NCBI GenBank assembly: GCA_024275415.1
Contig: JAJRZD010000063.1
Location: forward strand, 13,035 to 45,034
Origin: an archaeon
GTDB taxonomy: Archaea; Asgardarchaeota; Thorarchaeia; Thorarchaeales; Thorarchaeaceae
DNA length: 32,000 nucleotides
Direction: 5' to 3'
In this document: piece by piece, positions 16,872 through 24,997 of the stretch
Position numbering within the stretch: position 1 is the first letter of the stretch
How the letters are laid out: each line of letters begins with the position of its first letter
Translations under genes and position numbers: made by a program
The notes under the pieces: model-generated
What the model saw: the letters and a program-made list of their open reading frames with translations, nothing else
Told to the model about the DNA's origin: nothing
The model's database searches: none

Positions 16872-19490
16872 ATGTTAGTTGTTGAGGACAGGGACACGAA
16901 CGAGGTAACAAGGTTCTTCGTGATTGACGCATATGCGAAACTAGGCTCCATCCAGATTGGAACAGATATTCAGGTCTTCGATCCTCAACGCTTACTGAGA
17001 TATTATGCACTTTTAGAAAATCAACTATTCGACTTCGCAGCACGATATTCTGAGGCTTTCAAGTATCTCCCGAGAAGAGCATATTCATACCTATCTAAAC
17101 CCCCGCTTCTTAGTGATATAACTGCAAGCCTAGCATCATCGGGAAATGATTTCTGGACAGTGGATCAATTCGTCATTCACCCGTTGACTGAGATCTCTTC
17201 AAAACCCCTTCCACGATACCAACAAAAGAACAATGTAGAATCATGTGTTAGATGGTCGACCCAGACAGGTGTCGCTCCGAGATTGTACAATGTTTCAGAT
17301 CTAGATGTGGATAGTAGCAGGTACAATTGGGCGGTGTCGATAGATGCATCGGCCCTCTCGAAGACTATGAAAAGGTCTTTGAGCAACGAACTGCTAAAGG
17401 CAATAAACCATAGTCAGCCTATCTATATCCGAATCGAGAGAAAGGAAGAAATAGCGCGCCTCCTTGAATGGCTTGTTGTCCTCAAGGACGCTGGAATGCC
17501 TAGTCCTACGATATTCCTTGCAGTGACCGAGCATAGAGGATGGGAAAACGAGCTGCTGAAACTTCTCCAGATGAAGGGGGTTCATCTGCTTTTGTCTGGG
17601 GCGACCATAGGCTCATTATCAACCCTCATCAACAGATTGAAAGATTCGGAAAGAACCGATGAGTGGTCAAAGAAATTCATGTATGCTAGCTCATATCCTG
17701 AAACCCAGAAAGGCGACAGTCTTACAGAGATTCTCAGCTTCTTTATGAGCAGGAATCTTGATGCCTCACGCATAGAGATCCAAAGGGTTCTTGGGGGTAA
17801 CATGATACAGGCATTAGCACCAATAAATGACCGCCTTACTTTTGAGCCCAGTAAGTCGTCAGTGGCTGCGGAAGGTGTGTTTGGGAAACCAGCATTTCTT
17901 GAGCTGCTTCGTCTGTTCAGATTGCTGTCCACACAGAAACAGCTTGAGATACTATCTGCGGAGATGGTGACTGATAATCAGGGAGGGCACGTTAAACTGG
18001 GCTCAATCATACTTTCGATCAGAGCATCTAAACAGAACAAGTTTCGGAAAGTCCTCATCCAACAGGAACGAGACGAATCATTGAGAGTGATTGGATGGCA
18101 AAAGCCTTTCAACGTTGCCTATCAAACAAGGGATTGGGTAACGCTACAAACCCAAGCCCGGGCATCAGTGAAAGGGCCAGTCCTAGATTCACCAAGCCAT
18201 GTTGGTACATTCAATAGGATGCTCCTTGACATCTTGGGAATACGGGACTCTGTGGGCGTATTGTCATCATTACATTATGGTATTGAAGAAACTGGGATGA
18301 AGGCTGGCTATATCGGTCTTTGCACGGAGGATGCCAAAGCAATAGGTGTGAAAGAAGGAAATCTTGTCACAGTCTTGGATGCAGATTCGAATCACCTTTG
18401 GGGTGCAATTGTACAGACCAGTCGTGGTTGCCCTTCCAAAAGAGTGGGGGTATCAAGAAACGACCTGAAGTGTTATGGCATGGACGCGTCCTCACAGGTA
18501 GACATTGTCAAATACGTAGACACATTATCCGAATGCGACAGAGTTTTGCTTACCTATAGGAGAACATTAGGCTTTACCAACTCAGAGCTTGCTGCATTCC
18601 TGCACATGACAAGCGATGAAATCATCGAGTCGGTGACCAGCCGGATAATAGGATTGGGAACTCGCTTCGTGACTGCTAAAGGTTTAGAATTAGAGGTGCG
18701 GAGAACAGCACCGCCAATAAGAAAAGGAGAGCTTAGCAAGGCAAACAATGCAGCAATAGAGATACAGCCAATAGAATTCCTAAATGAATTGAACGTGATC
18801 CTTGTGCTGGGCAACGGCAATGATATGTTGGTACGTGATGTAAAGATAACAACCCCAGAGGTGATCCGGAAATCACTTGACACATTCTCAAAAGAAATCC
18901 CTGAGATTGGCGCCTTTTTGAGTTCCATGGGAAAAATCGAGCATAGATGGAGTATCTCAGCCATATCCGCATTGGACTTGATACGCCACTTCAGAAACAA
19001 CGAATCAGAGGGGGTCATCGGCATGGTCTTGGCTGACAATATACCACACAAATTCACTATTCAGAAGAATCAGGAGCTGCAGGATTACATCAGATTCGAC
19101 AGTGATATCCAGAACGATGATATCTTCAAATCGTTGGTTTATTCAATCCTTGATGCAAAGGAGATATCCAATGAACCCACCAAACCAAGTATTCTTTTCA
19201 GGTCAATCGCTGAGATGCTAGAGGATCTCGGCAGCGATCGGCCAACATTAGTTATCCTATTTGTATCAAGGATTGACGAGATAGAGGAGATTATTCCGTT
19301 CCTACAATCAATTCGTTCTGCAAGAAACTACAAGTTACTAGTATTCGGAGTAGGAAATGATTTTGAGAAGGACAAAACGGAAGAGATGATGAAGGGCATA
19401 GATGCCAAGATCCACAAAGTGATAGAGTATTCACTATTCGAATTCCAAGGATCGGTTGTTTCTGCTATTCAGGAATTATGTCATTTCTGA
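16872..19490 (+). CDS. Catalytically degenerate fusion: pseudo-amidohydrolase + extension domain + CDC48-N-like + pseudo-vWA (paralogue of the two divergent genes)
   Basis: FWTVDQFVIHP~GWLVDRTIVFP; IQRVLGGN~VQRILGGN; DADSNHLWGA~DPESSFWGA; PEIGAFL~PEVQAFL; RPTLVILFVS~KPTMIILLTD. Metal ligands replaced. Confidence 0.85.
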   Translation: MLVVEDRDTNEVTRFFVIDAYAKLGSIQIGTDIQVFDPQRLLRYYALLENQLFDFAARYSEAFKYLPRRAYSYLSKPPLLSDITASLASSGNDFWTVDQFVIHPLTEISSKPLPRYQQKNNVESCVRWSTQTGVAPRLYNVSDLDVDSSRYNWAVSIDASALSKTMKRSLSNELLKAINHSQPIYIRIERKEEIARLLEWLVVLKDAGMPSPTIFLAVTEHRGWENELLKLLQMKGVHLLLSGATIGSLSTLINRLKDSERTDEWSKKFMYASSYPETQKGDSLTEILSFFMSRNLDASRIEIQRVLGGNMIQALAPINDRLTFEPSKSSVAAEGVFGKPAFLELLRLFRLLSTQKQLEILSAEMVTDNQGGHVKLGSIILSIRASKQNKFRKVLIQQERDESLRVIGWQKPFNVAYQTRDWVTLQTQARASVKGPVLDSPSHVGTFNRMLLDILGIRDSVGVLSSLHYGIEETGMKAGYIGLCTEDAKAIGVKEGNLVTVLDADSNHLWGAIVQTSRGCPSKRVGVSRNDLKCYGMDASSQVDIVKYVDTLSECDRVLLTYRRTLGFTNSELAAFLHMTSDEIIESVTSRIIGLGTRFVTAKGLELEVRRTAPPIRKGELSKANNAAIEIQPIEFLNELNVILVLGNGNDMLVRDVKITTPEVIRKSLDTFSKEIPEIGAFLSSMGKIEHRWSISAISALDLIRHFRNNESEGVIGMVLADNIPHKFTIQKNQELQDYIRFDSDIQNDDIFKSLVYSILDAKEISNEPTKPSILFRSIAEMLEDLGSDRPTLVILFVSRIDEIEEIIPFLQSIRSARNYKLLVFGVGNDFEKDKTEEMMKGIDAKIHKVIEYSLFEFQGSVVSAIQELCHF

Positions 19491-19744
19491 AATTGAACTA
19501 GTCGCTCAATGGCTGACAGTTGGATATCCAGTTGGTTTGCTTGGGTTTCTACGTCATCAATCAGGGTCTGGATATTTTCAAGCAGATCAATTATGTTGGA
19601 CTCGATAGACTCGCTAGACACTGATTCATTCTCTTTAGTCATCTTCAAGATTAAACGCTCAACATCGCGAATCCGTCTATTCAAATCGAGTAAGGTTTCC
19701 AGAGAGTCTAGATGTGAAAGAAGAGCGTCCATCAACTGCATCAC
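19481..19744 (-). CDS. Small coiled-coil protein (87 aa)
   Basis: Heptad L/I pattern throughout; start overlaps the upstream stop codon (translational coupling). Confidence 0.7.
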   Translation of the reverse strand: MMQLMDALLSHLDSLETLLDLNRRIRDVERLILKMTKENESVSSESIESNIIDLLENIQTLIDDVETQANQLDIQLSAIERLVQFQK

Positions 19745-20922
19745 CTAATATCCCTACTAAGAGTTTCAAGTCTTTTCTCAAGATGCCTTAGACGTTCATG
19801 AAGAGCATCCATCCGATCAATCGTTTCTTTTATCCGTGATTCGAGATGAGTGGGTATCTCCTGTGGGGAATCTTCCTGCGATTTGTTGCTAAGACGTTCT
19901 AGTTCACTCAGTATCGCCTCAGCCCGTTCCACGCGCTTCAGAGTATCGTAGACATCGATGTCGCTCAAGATATGCTCAATCTTCGAGAGAATTTTCTTTT
20001 CCTTTGATGTTACTTCATGAGTTTCTCTGGCAATTGGTGCGAGTCTGTCATCTTTCAGGTCGTCGATAATCGTATGGGGCGAACCTGTAATCTCTTCGGA
20101 TTTTGCCCATAATGGATTCAAAACAAGAGCACCGAATTCGTCCATGTCTTCCTGTCCCGAGATTGTGCATGCCATAATGTTTCGGAGTCCATCCCAGAAG
20201 AAAGACTCTAACTTGGATCCTCGGCGATAGAAACAAGCAGCTATTGGGTCACGAATCAGAAGGTTCTCAACCATCTGGACAACCCAGTTGCTTTGTAGAA
20301 GTGAAAGGATTATACAATCGTTCGTGCGACCTTCTTTGAATAGGATATTATCTGTTCCCGATGAAGAAACACGCTCGGGAATCCAGCTTTTGGGGTTGGC
20401 CCAATTAGATGGCATACGGATTGCGAACCCTGCGGAGTCCCCGGAAGTTGCAATATGTTCCATGAGGTAGTCAATATAGTCGATTGCAGGTTCGGGGTAT
20501 GTTCTCTCAGGAAGCCTATCCGCTTCATGCTGGAGCACGAACCTTACAATCTCATGGGGCGTTTGTCCTTTAATCCTGAATACGATAAAGCTCCGCTCAA
20601 CTGATTCACCGTCCTCGAATACTCTGAATGCAATAACCAGCTTCTCATCAGAAATGCCACTCGCCCCGTAGATTATGATCCCAAAGTCGTCATGGTGAGA
20701 GATGCCCCTATCAAGCACAGTACGGATAGTGATGCTTAGGGGGATCACGTAATCAACTTGGTTGGGTTTTGACCCTAGGGCACCAGTGAAACCTTTTCTA
20801 ACAGGACTGTCATCTAACCAGCCAGGTGTCAGATGATTCCCGACAAGCCTGACAGCAAGGTATCCTACGAGTTCATTATTAGCATACATGGAATCCAGTG
20901 CATCTATGAGGCTCTCAGACAT
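19741..20922 (-). CDS. Hypothetical protein: alpha/beta N-terminal region and C-terminal coiled coil
   Basis: GGAGGTG RBS before ATG at 20922 (not 20982); TTTATAA box ~60 nt upstream; C-terminal heptads (IDRMDALHERLRHLEKRLETL). Confidence 0.8.
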   Translation of the reverse strand: MSESLIDALDSMYANNELVGYLAVRLVGNHLTPGWLDDSPVRKGFTGALGSKPNQVDYVIPLSITIRTVLDRGISHHDDFGIIIYGASGISDEKLVIAFRVFEDGESVERSFIVFRIKGQTPHEIVRFVLQHEADRLPERTYPEPAIDYIDYLMEHIATSGDSAGFAIRMPSNWANPKSWIPERVSSSGTDNILFKEGRTNDCIILSLLQSNWVVQMVENLLIRDPIAACFYRRGSKLESFFWDGLRNIMACTISGQEDMDEFGALVLNPLWAKSEEITGSPHTIIDDLKDDRLAPIARETHEVTSKEKKILSKIEHILSDIDVYDTLKRVERAEAILSELERLSNKSQEDSPQEIPTHLESRIKETIDRMDALHERLRHLEKRLETLSRDIR

Positions 20923-21152
20923 TTGATACACCTCCAATCTTTTTCCAGAAACTGAGAATGTCATTGAAGCGAAAGGACGCATTATAAAGCGGTGTCATGT
21001 TCTTTGTCCATATCCTTCCTTCGCGGTTCTTGTGAGGCTTGTTCGCAATCAATTTCCCAGCTCCTGATAGGACATCCCATATGCATCCGATTGCCGATAA
21101 TAACCTTCTGACTGAGATCCATCAGATATCCGATACCATTACACAACGGATT

Positions 21153-22295
21153 CTAGTACACACGGGTAGTGTATATCTTGCTTGCGATTGCCTTAGAGCC
21201 GTAATATACCTCGACTTTCAGACTAGCCTTTTCCTTAGACTCTGTCATGGGAACAAGGCTAAGATCCAACTGCCGGTCGCCCCTAGGACCAATCTCATGT
21301 TGCTCATTGGTTATCTCTGAAACACCGTCTTCTGTTGCCAATGTGACAATCACTCGAATGCCGATGATGGTTGAGCTGGGATTTTTCACACGAATCTTAT
21401 AGTTGAAGGCTCTCCCTGCAATCAATGCATCAGGTACATCTCCTAGAGAAACCTCAATACCAATTTTGCCTGCGGTAAGTGGCCGACCACGGGGCCATCG
21501 TGGTATTCTCTCCAACTCTAGGAGACGAGAAAGTGATATCTTCAACTGTCGAAGTTCCATGCCTAATTGGTCAGCTGCCGTCCCAATATCAAAGGAGCCA
21601 TCATTTGCCTCATAGTAATCGAGAACACGACGGTCGGACTCGATGAGGTCGCTCATTCCCTCAAGGATTTTCAAAATAGCGGCAGGTAGTTCATGTGCCT
21701 GAGAGAGAGAAAAGTAATTCCCATTTTCCATCGATTCTGCAATCTTCCTGAATGACTTTTCTACTAGGGGATTGCAACCGATGATGAACCCAAAGACAGT
21801 CGATCCATAGTCTACAACTAGCTCTTGGACTTCATTGCACGGATCATATCCTTTAGGACAGCCATCAGGGAAGTAATCATCACTAAGAGAGTTGTATTTA
21901 CGCCCATGAGGCGGAGCATCGCCCACAAGCAGAAGAACCTTGTATGCGTCCTTATCCCATGAGAGCTTCGTACGGGCATCATGCAACCCATCGGCTACTG
22001 CCTCGGGAGTGTCACCACCTTCTGAGGGGCGCAGTCGTGATATCTCATCATGGACTTCCTTGATGCGTGCAGAAAAATCAAAGACCTTGGTAGTATAGGT
22101 CCTGTCCTGTGGCGGATGATCCCTGTATGAAACGACCGCAAAGCGTATGGCAAGACCTTCTGTCTTCGTCACAATCTTGTCTACGATGTCAAACAGTGAA
22201 TCCTTGACCGCACGGATGTCATCTTTCATTGAACCGGTGGTATCAACCACAAATGCTACATCTATCTTGGCTGTGTGAATACAGATCCACCCCAT
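21153..22295 (-). CDS. vWA domain (intact MIDAS) + winged-HTH-like segment + C-terminal Ig-like domain
   Basis: DVAFVVDTTGSM, RFAVVSYRDH, GGDTPEAVADGL, LLLVGDAPPH; FDIGTAADQLGMELRQLKISLSRLLEL; IAGRAFNYKIRVKNPS...LKVEVYYG. Start ATG 22295 preferred over 22403. Confidence 0.85.
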   Translation of the reverse strand: MGWICIHTAKIDVAFVVDTTGSMKDDIRAVKDSLFDIVDKIVTKTEGLAIRFAVVSYRDHPPQDRTYTTKVFDFSARIKEVHDEISRLRPSEGGDTPEAVADGLHDARTKLSWDKDAYKVLLLVGDAPPHGRKYNSLSDDYFPDGCPKGYDPCNEVQELVVDYGSTVFGFIIGCNPLVEKSFRKIAESMENGNYFSLSQAHELPAAILKILEGMSDLIESDRRVLDYYEANDGSFDIGTAADQLGMELRQLKISLSRLLELERIPRWPRGRPLTAGKIGIEVSLGDVPDALIAGRAFNYKIRVKNPSSTIIGIRVIVTLATEDGVSEITNEQHEIGPRGDRQLDLSLVPMTESKEKASLKVEVYYGSKAIASKIYTTRVY

Positions 22296-22381
22296 GTTAG
22301 TTTGAGTCTGTGGGCAATTAAGCCTTTTCAGGAATAGGAACGAAGGAGATTTTAATGGATTCGGTGACGAGATAGGTGTGA

Positions 22382-22762
22382 ATGACGATGAGCGAGATAC
22401 CAATTACTTTTGAGTTTGAAGGGGGAATAACCCTTGACGGAGTTCTGGACAGGGTGATGGCCCCATTGATCATTGAGGAATTGAAATCTAGAATGCCAAT
22501 AGAAGGCAGGGCTGCATTTCTCAGGGGTGAGATGAAAATCACATTGAGTATCAATAAGGGCAATCTAAAACCTACTAAAAGCGTCAAACGAGGAGATATT
22601 GCCTACATGCCACTAGGGGACTCGCTATGCATCTACCTACAGGACATGTCTACATTTAGCCAAGTGACTGTCATTGGTAGAATCAGGTCAGCTGATGAAG
22701 ATCTTGATTCCTTAACTGTAGTTCGAAGAGGGAGTCTGGCGACGATAAGGTTAGATGAATGA
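22382..22762 (+). CDS. Cyclophilin-like family protein (Cyclophil_like / TM1367-like)
   Basis: VKRGDIAYMPLGDSLCIY matches the GDiaYWppG.alcIF family motif; 126 aa. Confidence 0.8.
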   Translation: MTMSEIPITFEFEGGITLDGVLDRVMAPLIIEELKSRMPIEGRAAFLRGEMKITLSINKGNLKPTKSVKRGDIAYMPLGDSLCIYLQDMSTFSQVTVIGRIRSADEDLDSLTVVRRGSLATIRLDE

Positions 22763-22764
22763 TA

Positions 22765-23316
22765 TCACAAACGTTGTAGGCTCTTCAAAAGATCTTCATT
22801 CGCATCTCGTTCAACTTCAGATGGGTCTACAATCATGCCGGACTCGTACGTTTCGAGAATCACCTCGAATCCAGAGTCAGCCACTCTCTTGAACCCCTTG
22901 CTTGAAAGGGATCTGACCTTCAAATGAGTAGTAGCGAATTCAGTCTTTTCTGAACTCGTAGTCGGTGGGACATCAAATCTAAGCTTGGAGGTCGTTCTTC
23001 TGAGAGCTTCTCGGGTTTCAGCCAGTTGTGTCTGCAAGTCCTTGCGCTCCTTGCGTTCAAATTCGAGTTGACTTTTGATGTCTTCAAACTCACTACGCTC
23101 TACATAGTCCTTTAGCTTGTCAATCCAGACTAGCGTAGTTCCGTTGAATCTACGACTCGTGGCAACATAATCCATTGCCTTTAGTACGGCTACAACATCG
23201 TAGACTCTACGTTTTGGGACTCCTAGCATTTCAGCTATCTCATCGCTCCGAATCCCTTCCTCCCCGGCGTTTTGAAGGAGCAAGATAGACCTCCGAGCAA
23301 GCTCGACCAATTTCAT
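22765..23316 (-). CDS. E2F/DP-like winged-helix transcription factor with coiled coil and beta-rich C-terminal region
   Basis: IAEMLGVPKRRVYDVVAVLKAMDYV resembles the E2F/DP signature AE.L.V.KRRIYDI.NVL; followed by a ~35-aa coiled coil; GGGGTG RBS before ATG 23316. Confidence 0.78.
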   Translation of the reverse strand: MKLVELARRSILLLQNAGEEGIRSDEIAEMLGVPKRRVYDVVAVLKAMDYVATSRRFNGTTLVWIDKLKDYVERSEFEDIKSQLEFERKERKDLQTQLAETREALRRTTSKLRFDVPPTTSSEKTEFATTHLKVRSLSSKGFKRVADSGFEVILETYESGMIVDPSEVERDANEDLLKSLQRL

Positions 23317-23358
23317 ATTCCAAAGCACCCCATACAGAATCCGATGATAGGCTCACCT

Positions 23359-23375
23359 GCTATCTTCAAGATAGC
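23359..23375. promoter_or_regulatory. Perfect 17-bp palindrome upstream of the E2F-like gene (candidate operator)
   Basis: GCTATCTT-C-AAGATAGC, 43-59 nt upstream of the start codon. Confidence 0.5.
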
Positions 23376-23619
23376 TTCCCAAGGTACTATTTAATGGTTT
23401 GTGTTATTCCGTTTTTTGTTGTCGGTTTTTCGCGGGTAATACAGCTTTCGAAAAATGTTAGTTAAGATTTTTAGATAGTGTCTTCAAAAAATCGAAATCA
23501 TACTCCATTGAGAGTGGCAGAGTGATTGGTATTTGAGGTGATGTGTACACCGACAATTTCTTAACAGGGCATAAGGAGGGCCAGCCCAGATTTGACATTA
23601 CGCCACGAGGGTGGATGCA

Positions 23620-24951
23620 ATGAGTCGAAAGAAAGTAATAATTATGGGTGCTGCGGGTCGCGACTTCCATAATTTCAACGTGTTTTTCAGAAACAACGAG
23701 AATTACGAGGTTGTTGCTTTTACTGCTGAACAGATTCCTGGCATAGGTGACAGGATATACCCTCCCGAACTCTCAGGGGAGTTGTATCCCGATGGAATCA
23801 AGATATATCCTGAGGAGCAACTGCCTGAGCTGATCGAGAAGTTCCAAGTGGAACAATGTATTCTTGCCTACTCGGATTTGTCATACGACACTGTCGGACA
23901 TAAAATCGCATGGGTGAACTCTTTAGGAGCAGACATCCGACTAATGGGAACAAATACCACCATGATCAAGAGCAACAAGCCCGTTATCGCTGTGTGTGCA
24001 GTCAGGACAGGTTGTGGGAAAAGTCAGACCTCGCGACGAGTAAACAAGATCCTCGTTGATATGGGTCTCAAACCTGTGAACATCAGACATCCGATGCCAT
24101 ACGACCCAGACTTGACAACACAGATTGCTCAGCGTTACGAAAAGCTCGAAGATATGGACAAATACAACTGCACCATCGAAGAGCGCGAAGAATATGAACC
24201 TATGATCAACATGGGTGTTATCCTATACGCTGGAGTTGACTATGGCAAGATTCTGGAGCAGGCTGAGCAAGAAGCAGACGTGATTACTTGGGACGGAGGA
24301 AACAACGACTTCCCATTCTACAAACCAGACCTTCTCATCGTGATTGCAGATCCGCACAGGCCCGGACATGAGATCGAATATTATCCTGGTGAAACAAACC
24401 TGAGGATGGCCGATGTGGTTGTAATAAATAAGGTCGAAACAGCTGACTATGAAGATGTCGAATATGTACGAGAGAACATCCTCTGGGCAAACCCAGATGC
24501 GATGGTCATCGATGCTGCATCACCTGTTGTTATCGAAGACCTTAGCATTATCAAGGGCAAAAGAGTTATCGTTGTGGAGGACGGCCCTACAGTGACCCAT
24601 GGTGACATGCCATACGGCGCAGGGTATATCGCTGCACGTAAAGCAGGAGCAATCATAGTAGATCCTCGGCCCTTCGCGGTAGGAAGTATAAAAGAAACTT
24701 TCGAGAAGTATTCACACCTTGAAGATGTCCTCCCTGCAATGGGTTATGGGAAGAAACAGATCGAGGAACTTGAGAAGACTATCAATGCAGCAGATGTTGA
24801 TGCTGTCGTTATTGGTACTCCAATCGACCTTGGGAAGCTGATAAAGATCAACAAGCCAGCCACAAGGATTCGATATGATCTTCAGGAAATCGGAAGACCG
24901 AATCTTGAGGATGTCCTAATGGACTTTGTAAAGAAACATAATCTGAAATGA
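23620..24951 (+). CDS. COG2403 P-loop protein, cyclic 2,3-diphosphoglycerate synthetase-like / arginine synthetase (ArcE)-like
   Basis: KKVIIMGAAGRDFHNFN, YPPELSGELYPDGI, Walker A AVRTGCGKS, IRHPMPY, IEEREEYEP, WDGGNND, EDGPTVTHG. Confidence 0.88.
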   Translation: MSRKKVIIMGAAGRDFHNFNVFFRNNENYEVVAFTAEQIPGIGDRIYPPELSGELYPDGIKIYPEEQLPELIEKFQVEQCILAYSDLSYDTVGHKIAWVNSLGADIRLMGTNTTMIKSNKPVIAVCAVRTGCGKSQTSRRVNKILVDMGLKPVNIRHPMPYDPDLTTQIAQRYEKLEDMDKYNCTIEEREEYEPMINMGVILYAGVDYGKILEQAEQEADVITWDGGNNDFPFYKPDLLIVIADPHRPGHEIEYYPGETNLRMADVVVINKVETADYEDVEYVRENILWANPDAMVIDAASPVVIEDLSIIKGKRVIVVEDGPTVTHGDMPYGAGYIAARKAGAIIVDPRPFAVGSIKETFEKYSHLEDVLPAMGYGKKQIEELEKTINAADVDAVVIGTPIDLGKLIKINKPATRIRYDLQEIGRPNLEDVLMDFVKKHNLK

Positions 24952-24952
24952 A

Positions 24953-24997
24953 GGAGAGAGTCCGGCTCGATCCGGACACCCTCCAGTCCCTTTTTTT
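24953..24997 (+). terminator. Hairpin + T7 tract terminator
   Basis: GTCCGG(24960-24965)-ctcgat-CCGGAC(24972-24977), extended by GGAG/CTCC; T7 at 24991-24997. Confidence 0.65.

Noticed and set aside
20982-21155. 56 open codons after the TAG of the vWA-wHTH-Ig gene (possible second read-through, or 46-aa ORF 20982-21122)
   Set aside because: The Ig domain ends naturally at TTRVY, like the TGA-terminated QFTVY of the GCS2 fusion; the extension has no recognisable pattern and runs into the next gene's TATA box.
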